A stretch of 64,000 nucleotides of DNA from an uncultured Pseudomonadota bacterium (GTDB lineage Bacteria > Myxococcota_A > UBA796 > SXON01), in assembly GCA_903844155.1 (NCBI GenBank), contig CAIMSU010000162.1:70845-134844 (forward strand). The letters run 5' to 3'. The notes beneath the pieces were generated by a model. That model did not search any database. It saw only the letters and a list, made by a program, of their open reading frames with translations, and was not told where the DNA came from. The stretch's first letter is position 1. Each line of letters opens with the position of its first letter. Positions 18,710-32,491 of the stretch are shown here, piece after piece. Both the position numbers and the translations under genes were made by a program.

Positions 18710-21700
18710 CTACCCCCGCGCGATCACCCGCCTCAACGCCGCGCCCGTCGCGCTTGCTGATGACGCCGCGACCACCTCGGGCGTGCCGCTGGCGACGATG
18801 CGCCCGCCGTCCGGCCCCGCGCCCGGCCCCATGTCGATGACGAAGTCGGCGTGCCGGATCACGTCCACGTGGTGCTCGACGACGATGACCGTGTGCCCCT
18901 TCTCCACGAGGTGATCGATCACCGTCACCAACCGGGCGACGTCCGAGAGGTGCAGCCCCGTGGTCGGCTCGTCGAGGACGTAGAGCGTGGGCTGGGCACG
19001 ATCAGCAAGCCCCAACGCCAGCTTCACGCGCTGTGCCTCACCGCCCGAAAGGTCGGTCGCCGGTTGGCCGAGCCGGACGTAGCCGAGCCCGACCGCTGAG
19101 AGCCCCTCCAGCGCGCGCTTGATCGCCTTGTGCTGCGCGAACAGCTCCACGGCGTCGTCCACGCGCATGTCGAGCACGTCCGCGATCGAGAGGCCCTTCC
19201 AGCGCGCCTCCAGCGTCTCCGGCGAGAACCGGCGCCCGTGGCAGGTCTCGCACTTCACCCAGACATTCGACAAAAAATGCATCTCGACCTGCTCAGAGCC
19301 GTACCCACCGCAAACGGTGCACGCCCCTGCGCCGCCGTTGCTGCTGAAGTGGCTGTGGGTCCAGCCCCGTTCGCGCGCGAGCGGCGTCTGCGCGTAGAGC
19401 TTGCGGAGCGGGTCCATGACGCCGACGTAGGTCGCCGCTGACGATCGCGGGCTGCGGCCGATCGGCGACTGGTCGATGACCTGGAGCTGCAGCGGGCCGG
19501 TCGCGAGCGACGGCAGGGTGACGTCGACCGGTCGCGCCTCGCCTTGCAGCTTGCCGACCATCAAGTCCAGGATGAGCGTGCTCTTTCCCGAACCGCTCAC
19601 GCCCGTGACGACCGTCAACGCGCCGGTTGGGATGTCCACCCCAACGCCAACGAGCGAGTGGCGTGTGGCCCCGCGGATCTGGATGGGCGGCCCGCCCGTT
19701 CTGCGCGTTGCAGGCAGCGGGATGAAGCGCTCGCCCGAGAGCCACGGGCCCGTGACGCTCGTGGGCCCGAGCGCCAGCGGTGGGCCTGCCGCCACCACCT
19801 GGCCGCCCCGCTCGCCGGCCTCCGGGCCGAGGTCGATGACGTGGTCCGCGCGCCGGATGGTCTCGGGGTCGTGCTCGACGATGACGAGCGTGTTGTCGAG
19901 CGCGCGCAGGCCCTCCAGCGTGTCGAGCAGGCGGTCGGTGTCGCAGGGATGCAGGCCGACAGTTGGCTCGTCGAGGACGTAGATGACGCCGGTCAGGCCG
20001 CCGCCAAGCTGCGTTGCGAGGCGGATCCGCTGCGCTTCGCCGCCGGAGACCGTGTTCCCGCCGCGATCGAGGGAGAGGTAGCCCACGCCGACGTCGTCGA
20101 GAAAGCCGAGCCGGGCGCGGATCTCGCGGAGCGGCTGGGCGGCGATGAGGGCGGCTTCGGGCGCGAGGGCGAGGTTGTCGAACCAGGCGCGCGCCTCCCG
20201 GATCGTCTTCGCGGAGACAGCGTGCAGGCCGAGGGGCGGGGACGAGCCGGGCCCGGAGTCAACGGCGCTGCCGAACGTGACGGCCATGATCTCGGCTTTC
20301 AGGCGTCCGCCGAGGCACTTCTTGCAGTGCCAGAGCTGACCCTTGATCTCGATGCGCCCCATGCCGTCGCACGTGGAGCAGGCGCCGAGGTAGTGGTTGA
20401 AGCTGAAATGCCGGGGTGTGAGGACGGTTTTATGGATGAGGCCATGGTCGGGGCAGCGGGCGAGCGCCGAGAGCGCGATGGCCGGTTCGGTGGGTCGCTT
20501 CCCGCCGGCGCCGCGCGGCTGAAAGCGTGCCTGGTTCGCCCCGTATCGGTAGGCCGTGGTGATTGCCTCGACGACCCGGCTGCGCTCGACGGTCGCCGGG
20601 TCCAGCCGGTCGATCACCAGCGTCGAGACCTTCGGCTGGTCGGTCAGCTCGTAGTCGCCCGTTCGGCCGTCGTAGCCCCTTGCGAAGCCGGCTTTTCGCA
20701 GGTCCTCGGCAGGGGCTGGCTCGGCGAGGGGGCAGAGCAGCCAGCCGACGCCCGGCGATTGGCTGACGAGGAATTCGGCGGCCTGAACCGGCGGTCGCGC
20801 GTGAATCTCGACGCCGCAGGTCGGGCAGTGCGGAACCCCGAGGTTGGCCCACAACAGGCGGAAGTGGTCCTGCAGCTCCGTGATGGTCGCGACCGTGCTG
20901 CGTCCGCTCCCGCCCGACGTGCGCTGGTCGATCGCGATGGCCGGCGCGAGCCCGGTGATGCTGTCGATGGGCGCGCGCTCCAGGCGCCCGAGGAACCGGC
21001 GCGCGTACGTCGACAGGCTCTCGACATAGCGGCGTTGTCCCTCGGCAAAAATCGTGTCGAACGCGAGGGAGGTCTTTCCAGACCCGGAAGGCCCGGTGAT
21101 GACCGTCATCTTTCCGCGCGGGATCCGCACATCCACGCTGCGCAGGTTGTGGCAGCGCGCGCCCTTGATGACGAGGTCGTGGCTGGCGGCGTACACCGGC
21201 CGGATCCGCGGCTCGTGGAGGAACGACGTCGGCTTTCCACCGAATTCGGGCAACGCGGCGAGTACCCGGCCCGTGGGCGTGTCCGTCTTCGCGATCGCGC
21301 GCGGGGGCCCGGCCGCGAGGATCCGCCCGCCTGCAACGCCCCCTTCCGGCCCAACCTCCACAATGTAGTCCGCGATCTTGACCAGATCGCTGTTGTGCTC
21401 GATCACCAGCACGGTGTTCCCAGCGTCCACCAGGAGCTGGATCGCGTCGATCAGCACGCGAACATCGGCAAAGTGCAGGCCCGTGGTCGGCTCGTCCAGG
21501 AGGTACACGGTGTTGCCGGTCGCGGGGCGTTGCAGCTCGGTCGCCAGCTTGAGGCGCTGCGCCTCGCCGCCTGAGAGCGTCGTCGCGGTCTGGCCGAGCG
21601 TGAGGTAGCCGAGGCCGACCTGGTCGAGGGTTGCGAGGACGCGGTGGATCTTCTGGTGGTTCGTCCAGAAGCCCACGGCCTCGTGGATCTGCATCTCCAG

Positions 21701-23806
21701 CACGTCCGCGATGGACTTGCCCCGGTAGAGGATCTCCAGGGTCTGCGCGTTGAATCGCCGGGTGGCGCAGGTCTCGCACGGGACTTCGACGTCTGCCAGA
21801 AAATGCATCGCGATCGTCCGCACGCCCGCGCCTTCGCAGGCATCGCAGCGACCGCCCTTCACGTTGAAGCTGAATTGCCCCTTCTTGTAGCCCCGCGCCT
21901 TGCTCTCCGGCAGGTTGGTGTAGAGGTCCCGGATCAGGTCCCAGACCCCCGAATAGGTGCCCGGGTTGGACCGCGGCGTGCGCCCGATGGGCGTCTGCGC
22001 GATCTCGATCACCTTGTCCGGCACCTGCGCGCCTTCGGGACCGACGAGCGTCATCGTGCCGCAGTCCGCCGTCGCCCGGCCCTCCAGGTGCGCATGGAGG
22101 ACGTCAAAGAGCAGGGTGGACTTGCCGGATCCGGACACGCCCGTGAACACTGTGAGGCACCCGAGCGGGATCTCCAGCGCATCGCCCCGCAGGTTGTGGA
22201 CCTTCGCCCCGACCACCCGCAACACGCCGCGGCCGACCGTTTTGGCGCTGCGAAGCTGCTTCGGCAGTGGGATCACGTCCTCGTCGCGCAGGTGCCGGGC
22301 CGTTGGCGAGTCGACGGTCAGGAAGGTGGACGGCGGCCCCGACGCCATCAGCCAGCCGCCCCGAATTCCCGCGCCCGGCCCGATGTCGACGAGGTGATCG
22401 GCCATCTCCATCGTCTCGCGGTCGTGCTCGACGATGAGCAGCGTGTTCCCCTGGTCGCGGAGCACGCCCAGCGCGAGGAGCAGGCGGCGATTATCGCGGG
22501 GATGGAGGCCGATGCTCGGCTCGTCGAGCACGTACGTCACTCCTTGCAATCCGCTCCCCACGCACGCCGCGAGCCGGATGCGCTGCGCCTCGCCGCCCGA
22601 GAGCGTGTTCGCGCGCCGGTCGAGCGTCAGGTAGCCGAGCCCGACCTCGTCCAGAAAACGCATCCGGTCGCTGATCTCCTTGATGATGCCTTCGCCGAGC
22701 AGGATCTCCGGGCCGGCGAGCGTGACGGACGAGAAGAAGCGGTTGGCGTCCTGCACGCTCATGCTCGCCGCGTCGTCGATGTGCTTGCCGCGGAACTCGA
22801 CCGCCAGCGCTACGGCGTTGAGCCTGCGGCCGTCGCAATCGGGGCAGGTCCGGCGCTGCTCGGGCGGGGTGTCGGAGGCTGCTGGGACGGTGAGGCCGCG
22901 CATCGCCACGACCTGCCCGATGCCGTTGCAGGTGGGGCAGGCCCCCTGCGGCGCGTTGAACGAGAACAGCCGAGGTTCAAGCTCCGGGATCGAGATGCCG
23001 TGCTCGGGACAGGCGCGGTCGACGGCGTGCACCGAGTAGTGTTCCGGACGGGCGCCGACGGCCGGGACCAGCAGCGCGACGACCCCGTCCGCCAGCCTGA
23101 GGGCCCGCTCCACCGACTCAACGAGCCGCGCGCGGTCCTGGTGCAGGCAGACAAGCCGGTCGATGACCAGCTCGATCGTATGCTTTTCGTACCGGGCGAT
23201 CTCGAGCGGCTCCTCGATGCGCTTGATCTCGCCGTCCACGCGCGCGCGAAGCCATCCTGCCTTCTGCCATTGCTCCCATTCTTCGCGGTATTCGCCCTTC
23301 CGGTCGCGCACCATCGGCGCGAGGACGAGGATGCGCTCGCCCTCGTGGTCGCGCAGCCAGCGATCCGCCAGTTCCCCAGGGCTCTGGCGGGTGATCGTCC
23401 GGTTGCACTTCGGGCAGTGGGGCGTGCCGAGCCGGGCGAAGAGCAGACGCAGGTGGTCGTAGACCTCGGTCACCGTCCCGACCGTCGACCGCGGGTTCCG
23501 GTTCACCGTCTTCTGGTCGATGGAGAGCGTTGGCGAGAGGCCCGTGACGCGGTCGACCTTCGGGCGCTCCATCTGCCCGAGGAACTGGCGTGCGTACGGC
23601 GACAGCGACTCCATGAACCGCCGCTGGCCCTCCTGGTAGATCGTGTCAAACGCCAAGGACGACTTGCCCGACCCGGAGACACCCGTGATGACGACGAGCG
23701 AATCCCGTGGGAGATCGAGCGAAAAGCCGCGGAGGTTGTGCTCGCGGGCGTTCTCGACGTGGAGGGTGTGGCTCGCGCCGGAGGTCGGGGCGGGGTGGTC
23801 GGCCAT
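18710..23806 (-). CDS. Tandem double UvrA-like protein (two UvrA modules, four ABC ATPase domains)
   Basis: There are four Walker A motifs ([36 protein letters not shown]) and four signatures (LSGGEAQR three times, VSGGEAQR once). Each module has UvrA zinc modules of CxxC type. The second module starts near [16 protein letters not shown], at about nt 21180. Confidence 0.9.
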   Translation of the reverse strand: MADHPAPTSGASHTLHVENAREHNLRGFSLDLPRDSLVVITGVSGSGKSSLAFDTIYQEGQRRFMESLSPYARQFLGQMERPKVDRVTGLSPTLSIDQKTVNRNPRSTVGTVTEVYDHLRLLFARLGTPHCPKCNRTITRQSPGELADRWLRDHEGERILVLAPMVRDRKGEYREEWEQWQKAGWLRARVDGEIKRIEEPLEIARYEKHTIELVIDRLVCLHQDRARLVESVERALRLADGVVALLVPAVGARPEHYSVHAVDRACPEHGISIPELEPRLFSFNAPQGACPTCNGIGQVVAMRGLTVPAASDTPPEQRRTCPDCDGRRLNAVALAVEFRGKHIDDAASMSVQDANRFFSSVTLAGPEILLGEGIIKEISDRMRFLDEVGLGYLTLDRRANTLSGGEAQRIRLAACVGSGLQGVTYVLDEPSIGLHPRDNRRLLLALGVLRDQGNTLLIVEHDRETMEMADHLVDIGPGAGIRGGWLMASGPPSTFLTVDSPTARHLRDEDVIPLPKQLRSAKTVGRGVLRVVGAKVHNLRGDALEIPLGCLTVFTGVSGSGKSTLLFDVLHAHLEGRATADCGTMTLVGPEGAQVPDKVIEIAQTPIGRTPRSNPGTYSGVWDLIRDLYTNLPESKARGYKKGQFSFNVKGGRCDACEGAGVRTIAMHFLADVEVPCETCATRRFNAQTLEILYRGKSIADVLEMQIHEAVGFWTNHQKIHRVLATLDQVGLGYLTLGQTATTLSGGEAQRLKLATELQRPATGNTVYLLDEPTTGLHFADVRVLIDAIQLLVDAGNTVLVIEHNSDLVKIADYIVEVGPEGGVAGGRILAAGPPRAIAKTDTPTGRVLAALPEFGGKPTSFLHEPRIRPVYAASHDLVIKGARCHNLRSVDVRIPRGKMTVITGPSGSGKTSLAFDTIFAEGQRRYVESLSTYARRFLGRLERAPIDSITGLAPAIAIDQRTSGGSGRSTVATITELQDHFRLLWANLGVPHCPTCGVEIHARPPVQAAEFLVSQSPGVGWLLCPLAEPAPAEDLRKAGFARGYDGRTGDYELTDQPKVSTLVIDRLDPATVERSRVVEAITTAYRYGANQARFQPRGAGGKRPTEPAIALSALARCPDHGLIHKTVLTPRHFSFNHYLGACSTCDGMGRIEIKGQLWHCKKCLGGRLKAEIMAVTFGSAVDSGPGSSPPLGLHAVSAKTIREARAWFDNLALAPEAALIAAQPLREIRARLGFLDDVGVGYLSLDRGGNTVSGGEAQRIRLATQLGGGLTGVIYVLDEPTVGLHPCDTDRLLDTLEGLRALDNTLVIVEHDPETIRRADHVIDLGPEAGERGGQVVAAGPPLALGPTSVTGPWLSGERFIPLPATRRTGGPPIQIRGATRHSLVGVGVDIPTGALTVVTGVSGSGKSTLILDLMVGKLQGEARPVDVTLPSLATGPLQLQVIDQSPIGRSPRSSAATYVGVMDPLRKLYAQTPLARERGWTHSHFSSNGGAGACTVCGGYGSEQVEMHFLSNVWVKCETCHGRRFSPETLEARWKGLSIADVLDMRVDDAVELFAQHKAIKRALEGLSAVGLGYVRLGQPATDLSGGEAQRVKLALGLADRAQPTLYVLDEPTTGLHLSDVARLVTVIDHLVEKGHTVIVVEHHVDVIRHADFVIDMGPGAGPDGGRIVASGTPEVVAASSASATGAALRRVIARG

Positions 23807-23838
23807 GACGCCGTCGCGGTAACGCGGGCCCGGTCCGC

Positions 23839-23855
23839 TTGCACATCTGTTCAGT
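23839..23855. promoter_or_regulatory. LexA-box-like motif (Myxococcus type) in the divergent intergenic region
   Basis: ttgcacatctGTTCAGt matches 15 of 17 positions of the M. xanthus LexA box as I recall it (CTRHAMRYBYGTTCAGS). It lies 33-49 nt upstream of the UvrA-like start. Confidence 0.35.
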
Positions 23856-23929
23856 ACGTTTTTTCACCCGCGCCCCAACCGCGCTGGCGCCCGCGATTTC
23901 CGGTATAGTGCGACGGTCGGGAGCTCCGC

Positions 23930-25639
23930 ATGGCCGGTCAACAGCGTCAGTCTGTCTCCACCTCGGCCCCCGCCGTCGCCCCGGATGTGGGCGACAAGGA
24001 CGTTGCACCTGCCGTTACGCAGGCGCGCGGGAACGACGCCGCTCAGGCTGGCCTCCCCGGCGGGCAGGGCGACAAGGAGGGCGGTGCCGACGGCGGCGCG
24101 GCGCCCGATGCCGGCCTGGCGAACTACGAGTCGGCGCTCGGCGAATTCCTCGGCAGTGAGCTGTACAAGGCCATCGGGCCGCAGCTGTCCTACGAGAAGC
24201 TGTCCGGCGTCGCGAAGAAGGGCGTTGACGGCGCGCTGGACGCCATCGCCAAGCAGATCGGCAGCCTGGACAAGGGCACCGTCGACCCCAAAGTCGTCGA
24301 GACGCTTGGCGCGTTGCTGAAGGACTCCCTCGATCCGCTCGTCGACGTGTGGCTCGCGAAGAACGGCGCGGGGCTCTCTGCGGGGCTGACGAAGTGGGTG
24401 GGCGCGCACCCGCGCACGATCGTCCTCACAGCGCTGCTCGCTGCCGCCGGGGCCATCATAGCCAACGTCGGAATTCCGACGTTGAAGCAGAAGTTCTCGC
24501 TCGGGAAGGGGCTCTCGGCAGAGGTCGAGGCCAACCTCGGCAAGATCCGCGCGCTCTCGCTCCAAAGCGTGCGGGCCAAGCTCACTTACGAGAGTGGTCC
24601 GCTGCTCGCGGCCGTCTCCGCCGGGCACGACGAGAAGGGCAACACGGCGGAGCTGCACGCCACGCTGGCCGGCCAGGGCAAATCGCTGAAGGCAGACGCC
24701 GTCGCGGACAGCAAGGGCCTGACATTCGCCGGCTTGAACGGGGTGATTGACACGGGCATCGGCGAGGTGACGGCCGGTGTCAACGAGAAACGGGGCGAGG
24801 GGACGGTCGCCGGCGTGAAGCTCAAGCGGGTGAACGGGAAGACGACCGACACGACGGACTTCGACTACAATGCTTCAACCGGCATCTTCTCCCTCGGCCT
24901 CGGCAGCGTCTACGACGACAGCGGCCTGACCGTCGACAAGCAGTCGAAGCTCAATAGCGACGGCACCGGCAGCATCTCCGAGACCGTCGCCAGCCAGCAG
25001 ACCTCCGGCGGCGTCACGCGCGGCGGCTCCATCGGCGTCTCGCACGAGTCGATCAAGACGCCATTCGGCATGACGCAGACGGACAAGCTCAAGCTCGGCC
25101 TGAATTATTCCCGCGAGGACCTCAAGGCGAAGCTCGACGCCGCCTTCGCGAGCGACGGGAACAACGCGGTCTCCGGCTCGGCCAGCAAGATCGACGGAAA
25201 CCTGACGTACGGGGCGGACTTCAACCTCAAAACCGGCAGCGACAAGCTCTGGGAGGTCGGCGGGTTCTATGGCTTCAAGTCCAAGGACGAGTTCCGAAGC
25301 TACATCCTCGATTACCGCTACAAGTCCAACATCGACCAGAGCAAATTCGGCCTGCTCGTCGAGCAGGAATTCAAGGGGACCTACCTGCGCTGGCAGTCGG
25401 CGATGACCTGGGGCGGGCAGAACAGCTCGGTGCTCGACACGTCGCTCCAGGCCGCGCGCCCGATCAACGAGAACACCTCGCTCATCGCCGGCGCGCACTA
25501 CCAGAAGGACTTCGGGACAGGCCAGAACACAATCAACCCGCAGATCGGCGTGCAGTACAAGGGCATTCCGGTGGTCGCGGAGTACAACACGCAGAACCAC
25601 GGCGTCATGTTGAGCATCACGATCCCGTTCGGGAGGTAG
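23930..25639 (+). CDS. Hypothetical 569-aa protein with a helical N-terminal half, one hydrophobic segment and a beta-rich C-terminal half
   Basis: GGGAG lies 8 nt upstream of the ATG, and a TATAGT box lies at 23904-23909. There is no N-terminal signal peptide. The hydrophobic stretch is IVLTALLAAAGAIIANVGI. The C-terminal half is rich in K/N/S/T/Y/G with alternating patterns. I recognise no family. Confidence 0.75.
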   Translation: MAGQQRQSVSTSAPAVAPDVGDKDVAPAVTQARGNDAAQAGLPGGQGDKEGGADGGAAPDAGLANYESALGEFLGSELYKAIGPQLSYEKLSGVAKKGVDGALDAIAKQIGSLDKGTVDPKVVETLGALLKDSLDPLVDVWLAKNGAGLSAGLTKWVGAHPRTIVLTALLAAAGAIIANVGIPTLKQKFSLGKGLSAEVEANLGKIRALSLQSVRAKLTYESGPLLAAVSAGHDEKGNTAELHATLAGQGKSLKADAVADSKGLTFAGLNGVIDTGIGEVTAGVNEKRGEGTVAGVKLKRVNGKTTDTTDFDYNASTGIFSLGLGSVYDDSGLTVDKQSKLNSDGTGSISETVASQQTSGGVTRGGSIGVSHESIKTPFGMTQTDKLKLGLNYSREDLKAKLDAAFASDGNNAVSGSASKIDGNLTYGADFNLKTGSDKLWEVGGFYGFKSKDEFRSYILDYRYKSNIDQSKFGLLVEQEFKGTYLRWQSAMTWGGQNSSVLDTSLQAARPINENTSLIAGAHYQKDFGTGQNTINPQIGVQYKGIPVVAEYNTQNHGVMLSITIPFGR

Positions 25640-25666
25640 TGCGGGTCGGCGTGATACCATCCTGAA

Positions 25667-27594
<1,928 letters not shown>

Positions 27595-27598
<4 letters not shown>

Positions 27599-28209
27599 GG
27601 GCAGCGCACGTCGGGCAACTGCCTGGCAGTCGGCAGCTTGGCGTTGCACTTTTCGGTGAGGGGGCCGAGGTCCGGGCAGACGGTGCGGTTCTGGCACGCG
27701 AGGTACTTGAGCGTGGGCTCGTAGATCACGGCCCCGTAGGGGCTCTCTGCGGCGACCTTGAGCGTGGCGTCGTCGGGCTGCGTGCGAAAGAAGCGTTCGC
27801 CGGCGTGCCCGATGCAGTCCGTCGCCATCTTCCCGGTCCACTTCACGCAGCCCGCCGCCTGGTCGAGGAAGTTGCCTTCGGGGCGTTGATCGAGCACATA
27901 GAACCCGCAGTCCGGCGCGCCGTCGCAGAAGTTGAGCAGGTCCTCGCGGGTCCCCTCAAACCGCACGGCCTGGGTCGCCGCGCCGGCCACCCACGCCGCG
28001 CGACACACCAGGTCGTCCGCGGGAGCGAGCTGGTCGCACCACTTGGCCGCATCCGCCGTCGTCTTCTCGGAGCGGACGCGGCGGCTGATGCAGGTCGCGA
28101 AGACCTCGGGGACGGCCGTGTAGGGCTGGCACGGGTGCTGCGGGTCGATCGGCGGCGGAATGCAGGCCGATAACGCCGTGAACGGGCCGATGAGCCAGAG
28201 CGCCATCAT
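27595..28209 (-). CDS. Cys-rich lipoprotein, unknown function
   Basis: The start was trimmed to MMALWLIGPFTALSAC (lipobox) at 28209. It forms an ATGA overlap with the upstream gene. The mature part contains 14 Cys after the lipobox Cys. Confidence 0.65.
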
Positions 28210-28526
28210 TGCCGGTGCAGGTGCGGCGAGTTGACCTTCCGCGCGCAGGTCTGCTTCTCGCCCTCGAGCAACGTGTCGCATAGCCGCACGCCCTGCGCGG
28301 GATTGACCTTGGGGTTCAGCTTCAGCCAGAGCTCCACCGCGGTCATGCGCACGACGGGGTCCTGCATGGCCGTCACCGCGGCGACCGCGATGGTCGCGTC
28401 GTGGGGCGGATCGTCGCGAAATTTCTCGTAGCGGCAGAGGTCACCGAAGGGGTCGGTGATGCAGGGGGAGTCGAGGCCGCAAGCGGGCAGGACGAGGAGC
28501 GCGAGGGCGGGCAGGGTGCGGGGCAC
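28206..28526 (-). CDS. Small lipoprotein, unknown function
   Basis: MPRTLPALALLVLPAC is a lipobox. It is coupled to the downstream lipoprotein gene. Confidence 0.6.
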   Translation of the reverse strand: MPRTLPALALLVLPACGLDSPCITDPFGDLCRYEKFRDDPPHDATIAVAAVTAMQDPVVRMTAVELWLKLNPKVNPAQGVRLCDTLLEGEKQTCARKVNSPHLHRQ

Positions 28527-28697
28527 GGGCTGCTCGTAATCCAGATCGGCCGGTTCGGCGGGGTCCGTCGCTCGCCCCGGTGGCAGCCCACGGCCCGGTG
28601 CCTACGTTCGAATCATCCCAGAAACACCCGTCGTCGGCCCCGACGTCGGCTCACCCCATCCCCGCCCCGCAGCCACCCGCTGGGCTAAGAGTGCCCC

Positions 28698-31295
<2,598 letters not shown>

Positions 31296-31300
31296 GGCAT

Positions 31301-31354
31301 CGCCTACACGCGTAGGCGCGGGTCGCGAGCGGCGGCGCTACACTGCCGCCGCTC
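31301..31354 (+). terminator. Two tandem GC-rich hairpins after clpB
   Basis: The first is cgcctac-acgc-gtaggcg (7 bp, 31301-31318). The second is gagcggcggc-gctacact-gccgccgctc (10 bp, 31327-31354). There is no U-tract. Confidence 0.5.
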
Positions 31355-31365
31355 CGAGGATCCCG

Positions 31366-32466
31366 ATGCCGCGCCCCTGTCTCCGCGTCGCTGTCGGCGT
31401 CGCCCTCCTCGCCGCGACCGTCTCGCCGGCCTGCACGCCGCGACCGGTGGTCGATGGTCCCTGGGCGTACGACAGCGGAGCGTCGTCGACGGACTCCGGA
31501 ACGTCCGGCGATTCAGGCCGCGATTCGGGGCCCGGGCACGACTCGGGTCACGACAGCACCCCTGGCGACACCGGGCCCGGGCCCACGACCGACGTCCGCA
31601 TCATCGTCGAACCCTCGGACGACGGGTCCGCGCTCATCGCCGCGATCAAAGCGGCTCAGACGTCCGTCCACATGACCATGTACATCCTCTCGGACGACGA
31701 CATCATCAGCGCGCTGGAGGCTGCACACACAGCAGGCGCCGACGTTCGCGTGGTGCTCGACGCCAAGGAGACGACCTACAACACAACGTCGTACAACGCC
31801 CTGAAGGCGAAGGGGATCGGCGTGGTCTGGTCGTCGCCCAGCTACTACTACACACACCAGAAGACGGTGATCATCGATGGTGGCACCGCCTGGATCATGT
31901 CGATGAACGCGTCGTATTCGGGCATGACGTCCGACCGGGACTACCTCGCGGTCGACACGGAGCCAGACGACGTGGCAGACGCCGAGCGCGTATTTGCGGC
32001 GGACTACGCTGGGTCTGCGCTCACGAGCTACGACGGCGCGCTCGTGCTCTCGCCCGTGAACAGCAAGACCAGGCTGCTCGGGCTGATCGAAGCCGCGACG
32101 AGTACGATCGACATCGAGGACGAGGAGTACTCCGATTCGGACGTGACGACGGCGCTGATCGCCCGGGCGCGTGCGGGGGTTGCGGTCCGGCTCGTGCTCT
32201 CCGACAGCACGCCGGATAGCTACGAGACCGCTGCGGTCGGCCAACTCGAGGCCGCTGGCGTCTCCGTGGTCGTGACAAGCAGTCCCTACATCCACGCCAA
32301 GGCCATCGTCGTCGACAAAGCCACCGCGTACGTTGGCTCCGCGAACCTGACCTACACGTCGCTTGAGAAGAACCGGGAGCTGGGCGTGATCTTCGATGCC
32401 ACCGCCGGGGTCACAGCAGTCAGTGACACCATCGCGACGGACTTCGGGAACGGCGGCCCGTTCTGA
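31366..32466 (+). CDS. Phospholipase D-family (two HKD motifs) lipoprotein
   Basis: The start was trimmed to MPRPCLRVAVGVALLAATVSPAC. The HKD motifs are HQKTVIIDGGTAWIMSMN and HAKAIVVDKATAYVGSANLT. GAGGA lies upstream of the ATG. Confidence 0.82.
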   Translation: MPRPCLRVAVGVALLAATVSPACTPRPVVDGPWAYDSGASSTDSGTSGDSGRDSGPGHDSGHDSTPGDTGPGPTTDVRIIVEPSDDGSALIAAIKAAQTSVHMTMYILSDDDIISALEAAHTAGADVRVVLDAKETTYNTTSYNALKAKGIGVVWSSPSYYYTHQKTVIIDGGTAWIMSMNASYSGMTSDRDYLAVDTEPDDVADAERVFAADYAGSALTSYDGALVLSPVNSKTRLLGLIEAATSTIDIEDEEYSDSDVTTALIARARAGVAVRLVLSDSTPDSYETAAVGQLEAAGVSVVVTSSPYIHAKAIVVDKATAYVGSANLTYTSLEKNRELGVIFDATAGVTAVSDTIATDFGNGGPF

Positions 32467-32491
32467 AGGTTTCGGGGTTACGCCGCCGCCG

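Noticed and set aside
28527-28697. A possible sigma-32 heat-shock promoter upstream of clpB (a CCCCAT word at about 28653 and a TTCGAA word at about 28606).
   Set aside because: The two words are about 40 nt apart, far beyond the 13-17 nt spacer of the E. coli-type consensus. No better -35 partner is present, so the match is not supportable.
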